Origin: an uncultured Actinomycetota bacterium
Lineage (GTDB): Bacteria > Actinomycetota > Actinomycetes > JAHEKZ01
Reading direction: 5' to 3'
Assembly (NCBI GenBank): GCA_963829525.1
Contig: CAWHIJ010000003.1
Location: forward strand, 324,065 to 356,064
DNA length: 32,000 nt
The notes beneath the pieces were generated by a model. That model saw only the letters and a list, made by a program, of their open reading frames with translations. It did no database searches and was not told the DNA's origin. Of this stretch, positions 1 through 7,516 are shown in pieces. The position numbers and the translations under genes were made by a program. How positions within the stretch are numbered: position 1 is the stretch's first letter; each line of letters starts with the position of its first letter.

Positions 1-813
1 GATGTCATCGGCATGGCCGGAGGCGATGGGTCGCAGGCACTTGTTGCCTCCGTTGCGAGCAAACATGGCGTTCCCCACGTTGTGATTCCCGCCGGAACCC
101 GCAACCACTTTGCCCGTGACCTCGGCCTCGACCGTGACGACGTAGTCGGGGCGATGGGTGCCTTCGTGGACGGCGTCGAGCAAGTGATCGATCTCGCCGA
201 GGTCAACGGACGTGTCTTCGTCAATAACGCTTCGATGGGTGTCTACGCGAAGGTCGTGCAGTCGGCTGAGTACCGGGATGCGAAAGTGAAGACGGCGGCG
301 AAGGAACTGCCCGAAATCCTCGGACCAGATGCCACACCGCTGGACGTGCGGTTCACCCTGCCCTCCGGAGAGGAAGCCGAGACTGCCCAGCTCATCCTGG
401 TGTCGAACAACACGTACGAGCTGAGTCACCTGTACGGCGTAGGCACGCGAGCGCGTATGGATGCCGGCCAGCTGGGAGTCGTGACCGTCCAGGTGAACGG
501 CGCTGTCGACGCTGAGAAGCTCGTGGCACTCGAGGCGGTCGGTCAGGTCCAGCGGTTCGGCGGCTGGCAGCAGTGGGGGGCACCGGAATTCGAGGTGCGC
601 TCCAGTGGACCGGTGGAGATCGGTGTGGACGGTGAGGCACTGAGCATGGATGCTCCGCTGCGCTTCACGATTCGCGCCGGGGCTTTGCGGGTTCGCCTCC
701 CCCGAAACGCCCCGGGATTACCTCCGGCGGTGCAGGTGGCGGCGCGTTCAACGGGAAACACCTTGTCCGACCTCTTCAAGGTTGCCCTCGGCCATCCCGT
801 GGGATCAGCGTGA
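1..813 (+). CDS. Diacylglycerol/lipid kinase family protein (DagK/YegS-like), 5' end outside the window
   Basis: Frame 1 is open from nt 1 (DVIGMAGGDGS...), so the listed ATG at 13 is internal. GGDGS and IPAGTRNHFARDLG match the DAGK catalytic-domain signature. The TGA stop at 811-813 overlaps the next gene's GTG (GTGA). Confidence 0.85.
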   Translation, partial: DVIGMAGGDGSQALVASVASKHGVPHVVIPAGTRNHFARDLGLDRDDVVGAMGAFVDGVEQVIDLAEVNGRVFVNNASMGVYAKVVQSAEYRDAKVKTAAKELPEILGPDATPLDVRFTLPSGEEAETAQLILVSNNTYELSHLYGVGTRARMDAGQLGVVTVQVNGAVDAEKLVALEAVGQVQRFGGWQQWGAPEFEVRSSGPVEIGVDGEALSMDAPLRFTIRAGALRVRLPRNAPGLPPAVQVAARSTGNTLSDLFKVALGHPVGSA

Positions 814-1478
814 CGGCCGACACAACACAGCCACCTGAGGATCGCCTCGCTGATCACATCGAGGCGCGCATCGACGCTGGACTGGCCGCGACAACCCCGG
901 TCCGCGCGTCGACGGCCCGCCTTCTGCGCCGGTTGGGTCGCTGGGACCTGGCGGTTTACCGCGTTGTCGCCGCGACGTCGACGCCGGTTCTCGACGCTCC
1001 CCTGCGCAGGCTGTCGGACTTCGCCAACCACTCCAAACCCTGGTTCGTGGTGGCTGCAGGTCTCGGGGTGGCCGGAGGACCACGGGGCCGTCAGGCCGCT
1101 GCGACCGGCGTTGCCGCGATCGGGATCACGTCCTTGGTGGTAAACCAGCCGATGAAGCTGGCTGGAGATCGTCCCCGCCCGGACCGTGAAGGGATGGGAG
1201 TTCCTGAGGAGCGGTGGGTGCACATGCCTACCTCCAGCTCGTTCCCGTCGGGGCACTCGGCGTCTGCTGTGGCTTTCGCCGTCGCCGTTGGCGACGTGAT
1301 GCCATCGTTGCGGCTTCCGTTGCGGTTGGCGGGAGGGGTTGTCGCCTTCTCCCGCGTGTATACCGGAGTCCACTACCCGGGAGACGTGGTCGCCGGCGTC
1401 GTGTCGGGTGTGCTGATCGGAAAGTCGACGGTACGAGTGGGGCGTCGCATTGCGGCTCGCCGAGCCACCCTCAGATAG
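810..1478 (+). CDS. PAP2-family phosphatase (phosphatidic acid phosphatase type 2 superfamily)
   Basis: All three PAP2 motifs are present: KLAGDRPRP (Kx6RP), PSGHS and SRVYTGVHYPGD (SRx5Hx3D). Hydrophobic segments lie between them. The GTG start overlaps the upstream stop. Confidence 0.88.
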   Translation: MTADTTQPPEDRLADHIEARIDAGLAATTPVRASTARLLRRLGRWDLAVYRVVAATSTPVLDAPLRRLSDFANHSKPWFVVAAGLGVAGGPRGRQAAATGVAAIGITSLVVNQPMKLAGDRPRPDREGMGVPEERWVHMPTSSSFPSGHSASAVAFAVAVGDVMPSLRLPLRLAGGVVAFSRVYTGVHYPGDVVAGVVSGVLIGKSTVRVGRRIAARRATLR

Positions 1479-1740
1479 CGACAACCACCTTGCCGCGGGC
1501 GTGCCCCTGCTGAACGTGACGGACGGCGTCCGCCGCTTGTTCGATTGGATAGACGGCGTCAATGACTGGTGACAATTTGCCGGACTCCACCAACTCGACG
1601 ATCGCCTCGAGGTCTGCCAACCTGCGGCCGGCCAACATCGGTTTGAGTGTCTGGGAAACGAACGGTGACGTCGCAACCACCCGCACCTGCCGACCCATGC
1701 CGAGCCATTTGCCGGTCGACGCAGCACCGACCAAGACCCG
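1471..1740 (-). pseudogene. Orphan C-terminal fragment of a zinc-ADH/quinone oxidoreductase (MDR) gene
   Basis: The last ~75 aa of ORF 1471..1893(-) (…LADLEAIVELVESGKLSPVIDAVYPIEQAADAVRHVQQGHARGKVVVAI) look like a typical MDR C-terminus. The ~230 aa that should precede it are absent and replaced by repeat-derived sequence (GSAVWH reiterations). The upper boundary is approximate. Confidence 0.6.
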
Positions 1741-1868
1741 GACCGCACTTCCTCTATGCCAGGACCGCAGCAGACCCACGAGACCGCACTTCTTATGCCA
1801 GACCGCACTTCCCTTATGCCAGACGCAATGCCAGACCGCACTTCCCCTTGTGGAGGATTCCGTGCGGT
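1741..1868. repeat. Degenerate tandem ~20-bp repeats (GACCGCACTTC[C/T]nTTATGCCA) running into a 60-bp duplicated module
   Basis: Copies lie at 1741-1762, 1782-1800, 1801-1821 and 1834-1850, with degenerate partial units at 1763-1781 and 1822-1833. The 19-mer GTGGAGGATT(C/T)CGTGCGGT occurs at 1850-1868 and again at 1910-1928. Confidence 0.85.
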
Positions 1869-1888
1869 TTCGGGCTTGAAAATGGTCC

Positions 1889-1931
1889 GTCACCGCACGC
1901 GATCCCCCAGTGGAGGATTTCGTGCGGTGAC
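1889..1931 (-). terminator. Candidate terminator hairpin downstream of the TrpB-like gene
   Basis: A perfect 10-bp inverted repeat, GTCACCGCAC (1889-1898) / GTGCGGTGAC (1922-1931), has a 23-nt loop and lies 19 nt past the stop at 1950. On the minus-strand RNA it is followed by GGACCAUUUUCAAG. A weaker paralogous hairpin is ACCGCAC 1835-1841 / GTGCGGT 1862-1868. Confidence 0.45.
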
Positions 1932-1949
1932 AGGGGTCGTGACGGCGCC

Positions 1950-3314
1950 CTAGACGGCGGGGACGGTGGCCAATGCTGCGGCGAATCGCTCCTCGGACAC
2001 CGGTTCGTCGGTCATCCGGCCGTCGAGGTAGGCGTCGTAGGCGGCCAGGTCGAAGTGGCCGTGGCCGCAGAGCGCGGTGAGGATCACCTTCTCTTCACCG
2101 GTCTCCTTGCAGCGCAGCGCTTCACGCACCGTCTCGGCGAGCGCATGGGTCGGCTCAGGTGCCGGCACGATGCCTTCAGTCCGGGCGAACTGGAGCCCGG
2201 CGGCGAAGCACTCGCTCTGGCCGATCGCCACGGCGTCCATCAGCCCGAGCTCGTAGACGTGTGAGATCAGCGGGGCCATGCCGTGGTAGCGCAGCCCACC
2301 GGCGTGAATCGGGTCTGGCACGAAGTCGTGGCCGAGGGTATGCATCTTCATAAGTGGCGTCATGCCGGCGGCGTCACCGAAGTCGTACGCGTATCTGCCG
2401 TGCGTGAGGGAGGGGCATGACGCCGGTTCGACGGCGCGGATGTGCGGGTTGATCTTGCCGGCCAGCTTCTCACGCAGGAAGGGGAACGAGAGGCCGGCAA
2501 AGTTGGATCCGCCACCGGTGCATCCGACGATGACGTCCGGCGTCTCGCCAATCTTGGCGAACTGCAGCAGCGCCTCTTCACCGATGATTGTCTGGTGCAT
2601 GAGGACGTGGTTGAGCACCGAGCCGAGCGCATACCGCGTCTCTGGTTCGGTCACGGCGACCTCGACGGCCTCACTGATAGCGATGCCGAGGGAACCGGTG
2701 TGGTTCGGGTCGGCGGCAAGGTAGGCGCGTCCGGCCTGCGTCAGCTCAGATGGTGAACGGTGCACCTTGGCGCCGAACGTCTCGATCATCATGCGGCGGT
2801 AGGGCTTCTGGTCGTAAGACGCCCCGACCTGCCAGACGTCACACTCGATGCCGAACATTGAGCACGCAAGCGCAAGCGCCGTTCCCCACTGTCCGGCCCC
2901 CGTCTCGGTGGTGAGCTTGGTGACGCCTGCCTTGGCGTTGTAGAACGCCTGCGGCACGGCGGTGTTGGGCTTGTGCGATCCAGCCGGTGAAACACCCTCG
3001 TACTTGTAGTAGATCCGCGCGGGAGTACCGAGCGCTTCCTCGAGGCGGTGCGCACGGAACAGGGGGGACGGACGCCAGAGGCGGTAGATGTCCTGTACTT
3101 CATCGGGGATGTCAATGAACCGCTCCGACGAAACCTCTTGCAGGATGAGGTCCATCGGGAAGAGTGGTGCGAGGTCATCAGGGCCGACGGGCTCGTGCGT
3201 TCCGGGGTGCAGCGGAGGCGGTGGAGGAGCCGGCAGGTCGGGCACGATGTTGTACCACTGTGTAGGCATCTCGGACTCATCGAGAACGATCTTGTGCTGC
3301 TTCGGCGCTGACAT
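1950..3314 (-). CDS. TrpB-like PLP-dependent enzyme (tryptophan synthase beta chain-like, TrpB2 class)
   Basis: The 454-aa length and the N-terminal extension ([13 protein letters not shown]...) are typical of TrpB2. The PLP-lysine region is [11 protein letters not shown], and GGGSNFAG is also present. A purine-rich RBS (GAGAGGGG) precedes the ATG. Confidence 0.88.
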   Translation of the reverse strand: MSAPKQHKIVLDESEMPTQWYNIVPDLPAPPPPPLHPGTHEPVGPDDLAPLFPMDLILQEVSSERFIDIPDEVQDIYRLWRPSPLFRAHRLEEALGTPARIYYKYEGVSPAGSHKPNTAVPQAFYNAKAGVTKLTTETGAGQWGTALALACSMFGIECDVWQVGASYDQKPYRRMMIETFGAKVHRSPSELTQAGRAYLAADPNHTGSLGIAISEAVEVAVTEPETRYALGSVLNHVLMHQTIIGEEALLQFAKIGETPDVIVGCTGGGSNFAGLSFPFLREKLAGKINPHIRAVEPASCPSLTHGRYAYDFGDAAGMTPLMKMHTLGHDFVPDPIHAGGLRYHGMAPLISHVYELGLMDAVAIGQSECFAAGLQFARTEGIVPAPEPTHALAETVREALRCKETGEEKVILTALCGHGHFDLAAYDAYLDGRMTDEPVSEERFAAALATVPAV

Positions 3315-3367
3315 GTGCTGCCCCTCTCGTCACTCGAACCCTAGCGAGGGGAGGACACAATGGTCGG

Positions 3368-4168
3368 GTGGACCTCCGACCTCGGCTCATCGCCACGGAC
3401 CTCGACGGCACCATCGTTAACCACGACGGGTCGGTGTCGGCGCGGGTCGTGGATGTCCTGGCTGCGGCAATGGACGCCGGTATCCGCGTCGTCTTCGTCA
3501 CCGGGCGGCCACCCCGATGGATGCACGAGGTGGCCGAAACGACTGGCCACAGCGGCGTGGGGATCTGCGGAAACGGTGCGTTTGTGTACGACATGAAGAC
3601 CGAGCGCGTACTCGAGCTGTTCGGCATGTCTCGTGAGGTGGCGGTCGAAGCGGTCGAACGGGTCCAGGAGGTGCTACCCAGCTCGGCCTTCGCGGTTGAG
3701 TCGCTGTCGGGGTTCAGCTATGAGCCCGCCTACAAGCCGCGCTGGGACGTCCACGAGCCAACGACCACGGGTCCGATCCATGGACTGCTGACAGGTGAGG
3801 TGGCCAAGCTGCTGGTACGGGACGAGGTCATACCCGGTGACGCGATGCTCGAGGTCGCCGCCCCCGTCCTTGTTGGTGTGGTTGAGGTGACCCACTCGAA
3901 TGTCAACGACTCCCTGCTGGAGTTGAGCGCGCTCGGAGTCACGAAGGGAACGACGCTGGCCAAGCTCGCGGCCGACTGGGGAATCGCGCAGGACGAGGTC
4001 GTCGCCTTTGGTGACATGCCGAACGACGTCGACATGCTGCGTTGGGCCGGGCGTGGATATGCGGTGGGCAATGCACATCCGTCCGTGCTTTCGGTGGCCG
4101 ACGAACGCGCGCCATCGATCGATGAGGACGGCGTAGCCCAGGTGCTGGAACGGCTGCTTGCCCTCTAG
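3368..4168 (+). CDS. Cof-type HAD-IIB family hydrolase (sugar-phosphatase-like)
   Basis: HAD motif I is ATDLDGT at the N-terminus and motif IV is FGDMPNDVDML. The size (266 aa) and cap region are typical of Cof/YbiV-like phosphatases. The start is GTG. Confidence 0.85.
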   Translation: MDLRPRLIATDLDGTIVNHDGSVSARVVDVLAAAMDAGIRVVFVTGRPPRWMHEVAETTGHSGVGICGNGAFVYDMKTERVLELFGMSREVAVEAVERVQEVLPSSAFAVESLSGFSYEPAYKPRWDVHEPTTTGPIHGLLTGEVAKLLVRDEVIPGDAMLEVAAPVLVGVVEVTHSNVNDSLLELSALGVTKGTTLAKLAADWGIAQDEVVAFGDMPNDVDMLRWAGRGYAVGNAHPSVLSVADERAPSIDEDGVAQVLERLLAL

Positions 4169-4650
4169 TGCGCCTTGACGCGCAGCGTCTCGACGTTGAA
4201 GTGGCGGCGGATCTTGGCCGCGAGGTCGGTCGCCGTGAGTTCGTTGAGGTGGCGGTGACGGACCATCACGACGACCTCGTCTGGGTTGTGGTGGGCCACC
4301 AGGTCACCGATCGAGTCCAGTGGGTGGTTCGGGGTGACGACGCCTTCAGCGGTGGCGCCAGCATCGGTGAGTGCCTGGACGGAGGCTGCGAGCACCTTCT
4401 CCGCATCATGTTGAGCGATCGCACCGGGGTTGTACTCAGCGTCCGCCAGTGACCTCGTACCAACCCCACGACCAGCGGCGACGCCGAGTTCCCAGTCGTT
4501 GACGACTGCGCCCATCGAAGACGACGTCGGTTCTTCGGGAACCGCGACGTAGAAACTCACCTTTGCGGCATCTCCGCCAGCGATGTCGACGAGCCCGCCA
4601 GCATCCTCGGCGGTGAGCGGGTGTGTGGTGACGACTACGACGGTACTCAT
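4165..4650 (-). CDS. Hypothetical protein, 161 aa (alpha/beta, USP-like impression only)
   Basis: The ORF was trimmed to ATG 4650, which is preceded by GGAGGA (…cgtGGAGGAttcATG). Codon usage is GC3-rich. I recognised no diagnostic motif. The stop overlaps the HAD gene's stop (CTAG). Confidence 0.6.
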   Translation of the reverse strand: MSTVVVVTTHPLTAEDAGGLVDIAGGDAAKVSFYVAVPEEPTSSSMGAVVNDWELGVAAGRGVGTRSLADAEYNPGAIAQHDAEKVLAASVQALTDAGATAEGVVTPNHPLDSIGDLVAHHNPDEVVVMVRHRHLNELTATDLAAKIRRHFNVETLRVKAH

Positions 4651-4811
4651 GAATCCTCCACGACTCAGGTGACTGCGGAAGTCAAGCACACTAGGGAAGG
4701 CCCCGGTGCACTCGGCGCCGAAAGACGTCAATCTGGCTGAACACTCGGCAGGCCTTGGCGTCAACCCGGTGTGCACTCGGCGAGCTTGGTGGTTGGCCCC
4801 GACGCGGGTCC

Positions 4812-5216
4812 TCAGGCGTCGGGCTGCTTGCGGATGTGCTCCTTGGGGATGACCGTGGTGCCCGTGGCACGGCAGACCACGATCGGCTCCTTGAGCACAT
4901 CGGCGGCGCTGGGGGTCAGGTCGTAGCGGGACGCGATGATCTTTCGAGCTTCGAACTCGACCGTACGGCTGGTGTTGCCGATCTTCGTGACGCGTCCGGT
5001 GGCCTCGATGAAGTCGCCAGCGTAGACAGGCGCCGTGAACTCGATGTTCGAGTAGCCGACGAACAGCCCCTCGTCGCCGTCGGTGATCACGGCGATCTCG
5101 GTGATGACGTCGCCGAAGAGCTTGAGCATGCGAGCACCCTCGACGAGGTTGCCCCCGTAGTGCGCCTCCTCCTGGCCGATGCGGACGCGGAGGGTTGAGG
5201 TGATCTCGCTGGTCAC
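4812..5216 (-). CDS. Hotdog-fold protein (resembles the small 3-aminobutyryl-CoA ammonia-lyase / thioesterase-like hotdog class)
   Basis: The 134-aa protein carries the pattern [20 protein letters not shown]…[10 protein letters not shown]…[15 protein letters not shown]…GNTSR…FEARK. I recall this pattern from single-domain hotdog CoA-ester enzymes. The GTG start overlaps the upstream gene's TGA (GTGA). Confidence 0.65.
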   Translation of the reverse strand: MTSEITSTLRVRIGQEEAHYGGNLVEGARMLKLFGDVITEIAVITDGDEGLFVGYSNIEFTAPVYAGDFIEATGRVTKIGNTSRTVEFEARKIIASRYDLTPSAADVLKEPIVVCRATGTTVIPKEHIRKQPDA

Positions 5217-7375
5217 TGTGGTGCTCCTTCGATGGTGGCGTGTGCCGGGGTGTGCGAGTCGAGGGTGATCGACTCGGGGTTTGGGGCGGTAGCCCGCTCG
5301 ATGACTGCGTCGACGGCGACCGCGCGGTCGCGGCCGACGATGATCGGGTTCACGTCGATGGCGACGACTTCGGGGTGCGCGATGCCGAGGTCAGTCACCG
5401 CAACCAGGGCGCGCGCGACGGCGTCAACGTCGAGGGCTCCCCCGCGTGCCTCGGCCATCATGCGGCCCACGTGGCTGGCGGCGAGCAGCCGATGCGCGCC
5501 GTCGAGGTCGAGAGCACCGACGTGAACGCTGACCGAGTCGAGCATCTCGGCCCAGACACCGCCGAGACCGACGATCGTTGTCGGACCGAACTGCGGGTCG
5601 CGCTTGTAGCCGACCACTACGTCCAGCGAGCCGGTGATCTGCTCGACGACGAGCAGCTCGACGACGAGCCCAGCGGTTGACGCCGCGCACAACACTTCAC
5701 GGGCGGCAAGCTGGACGGCGTCGGCACCGACGACGTTGGTCACGACCAGTCCGAGGTCGCTCTTGTGCAGCAGACCGTCGGCCACCGCCTTGATGACGAC
5801 GGGACCACCAAAGCCGGCAGCGGCTTTAACGGCCTCGGCAGCCGTCGTGACGCGCTCCTGGCGTGGCGTCTGGATGCCGCACTCTCCGAGGATCTGCAGG
5901 GCGACGTCCTCGGTGAGCTCGACCGTCTCGGTGACAGCCGCGATGCGTGCGGGGTTCCGCTCGACTGCTGAGGCAGGTGGCGCCCGGTGTGCGAGTGCGC
6001 CGAGTGCGCGGAGCGCTCCACGCGCGCCGCGAAGCAACGCGATGTCGTTGTCGTGGCAGAACGACGTGAGGCGCGGGTCCGGGTCTTGGCTCGTGGGGCT
6101 GAGCAGGACCGGCACGACGTTGCGGTCTCGAGTTGCGTCCGCGAGGTACCGGGCGAGGTCGAGGCCTAGCTGCCGCTCGTACTCGCCGGCAGTCACCTGC
6201 TGGTCCTGCGAGACGATGACGTTGTCGCCGCCTTCTCGGGCAACGGCGTCGATCGCGAGCGGGTAGACCGCGGTGTAGTCGTCGACACCCCACGGGTCGA
6301 GTGGGTTCGCGGTGTGGAACGCCGGCCACCGCTCGGCAAGCGGAGCAGTCGCAGCGTCGGTGAGGTCGGGCAGCTCGAGGCCCGCGTCCTCGGCGAGGTC
6401 GCTGAGCAGGTTCGCTTCTCCACCGGAGTTGGTGACGATGTGCGTGCGCGAGCCGAGCACCCTGCGTCCGGTGCCCAGGATCTCACCCATAGTGATGAGC
6501 TCGTCGAGGTCGTCGGCGAGCACGACGCCGGCCTGCTGCAACGCGGCCGCGGTGACGCGCGCGCTCGGTGCGAGCTTTCCGGAGTGCGCGAGGATTCCAT
6601 CGCGCGCCTTGGCCGACCGGCCAACGAAACAGGCAGCGACGGTCTTGCCGGCCTCGGCCACTTCGCGTGCTGCCGCAAGAACGTCGGGTGCGTCGACGAA
6701 GCCCTCGATGAAGACGAGCACCGCGTTGGTCTCGGGGTCGCTGGCAAAGAAACGCAGATAGTCGCCCGCGGTGGTGACGGCCTCGGTGCCGCTGCTGACA
6801 AGCGTGGAGAACGGGATGCGTCCACCGCAGTTGACGAAGGCCTCGATCACGGCGCCGCTCTGCGCGATGGCAGCGACGCCCCCGCGTCGCACCTGGCCGG
6901 GGACGGTGCCGACGTAGGGCATCGCGCCGGTGACGAGGTCGACGACCCCCATGCAGTTCGGTCCTACCACCGAGATGCCCGTGACGTTGGAGAGCGTGGC
7001 CAGCGATGCGGCGAGGTCGGTCGCGGCGCCGCCGGAGTCGGTGAAGCCGCCGCCCGGAACGATCACGGCGCCGGCCCCGATCGCGGCTGCCTCCTCGGCG
7101 ATCGCTTGGACGCGCGCGGTTCCGACGAGAGCGACGACCGCGTCCGGTGCGGTGTCGAGGTCAGAGAGAGTGGCAACCGTTGGGACACCGGCAACCTCGG
7201 AGTACTTGCCGTTCACCGGGACGATGAGCCCACCGAAGCGGTGATCGGCGCAGTTGCGCTGCACGATCTGTCCGGCGAACGAGCGTGGGCTTGCGCCGAC
7301 GACGGCGATCGAGCGCGGGCGCAGGGTGGCTGCGAGTGCCGCCTGCGTCGGCTGGTGGGTGCGGCTGGCGTCCAT
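5213..7375 (-). CDS. ADP-forming acyl-CoA synthetase (acetate--CoA ligase [ADP-forming] family, fused alpha/beta)
   Basis: There is an N-terminal CoA-binding domain ([10 protein letters not shown]…), followed by NCMGV and a phospho-His region (ILAHSGKLA). A C-terminal ATP-grasp domain follows ([18 protein letters not shown]…GGPVVIKAV). ORF 5213..7960 was trimmed to ATG 7375 (MDASRTHQ…); the upstream extension is antisense to acuI. Confidence 0.85.
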   Translation of the reverse strand: MDASRTHQPTQAALAATLRPRSIAVVGASPRSFAGQIVQRNCADHRFGGLIVPVNGKYSEVAGVPTVATLSDLDTAPDAVVALVGTARVQAIAEEAAAIGAGAVIVPGGGFTDSGGAATDLAASLATLSNVTGISVVGPNCMGVVDLVTGAMPYVGTVPGQVRRGGVAAIAQSGAVIEAFVNCGGRIPFSTLVSSGTEAVTTAGDYLRFFASDPETNAVLVFIEGFVDAPDVLAAAREVAEAGKTVAACFVGRSAKARDGILAHSGKLAPSARVTAAALQQAGVVLADDLDELITMGEILGTGRRVLGSRTHIVTNSGGEANLLSDLAEDAGLELPDLTDAATAPLAERWPAFHTANPLDPWGVDDYTAVYPLAIDAVAREGGDNVIVSQDQQVTAGEYERQLGLDLARYLADATRDRNVVPVLLSPTSQDPDPRLTSFCHDNDIALLRGARGALRALGALAHRAPPASAVERNPARIAAVTETVELTEDVALQILGECGIQTPRQERVTTAAEAVKAAAGFGGPVVIKAVADGLLHKSDLGLVVTNVVGADAVQLAAREVLCAASTAGLVVELLVVEQITGSLDVVVGYKRDPQFGPTTIVGLGGVWAEMLDSVSVHVGALDLDGAHRLLAASHVGRMMAEARGGALDVDAVARALVAVTDLGIAHPEVVAIDVNPIIVGRDRAVAVDAVIERATAPNPESITLDSHTPAHATIEGAPQ

Positions 7376-7412
7376 GTACCAAGCGTCGAGAGTCGGCGAG
7401 CTAGCGGCTAGC

Positions 7413-7455
7413 GGCAGAGTGTTCTGACTGAGACCCGATGACGCGACACTCTGCC
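7413..7455. promoter_or_regulatory. Perfect 10-bp inverted repeat in the divergent ACD / acuI control region
   Basis: The arms are GGCAGAGTGT (7413-7422) and ACACTCTGCC (7446-7455), separated by a 23-nt spacer. Related half-site-like strings AGAGTG / CTCTGC recur at 7466-7479. A tandem CTAGCGG x2 lies at 7401-7414. Confidence 0.5.
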
Positions 7456-7516
7456 TCTTGGTGCGAGAGTGCCTCTGCAGAAGACTGGTCGTGTTCCCGA
7501 GTCTTGGAGTCTCTTG

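Noticed and set aside
543-1841. Very long ORFs antisense to, or overlapping, the called genes. Examples are 543..1841(-), 6314..7411(+), 11111..12607(-), 14016..15107(+), 13150..13944(-), 27757..28716(+) and 20821..21477(-).
   Set aside because: Their translations are Arg/Pro/Ala/Gly-rich and low in complexity, with no motifs. Each lies opposite a gene with clear family signatures. Stop-poor antisense frames are expected in DNA of about 70% GC.
1741-1850. Possible CRISPR array, suggested by the reiterated ~20-bp unit.
   Set aside because: The repeats abut one another with no unique spacers, the units are shorter than CRISPR repeats and degenerate, and no cas genes are present.
4165-4168. Convergent genes share overlapping stop codons through a CTAG tetranucleotide at two places: 4165-4168 (HAD / 161-aa gene) and 17848-17851 (vapC / pucR).
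   Set aside because: This is a curiosity of tight gene packing. No functional implication can be supported from the sequence.
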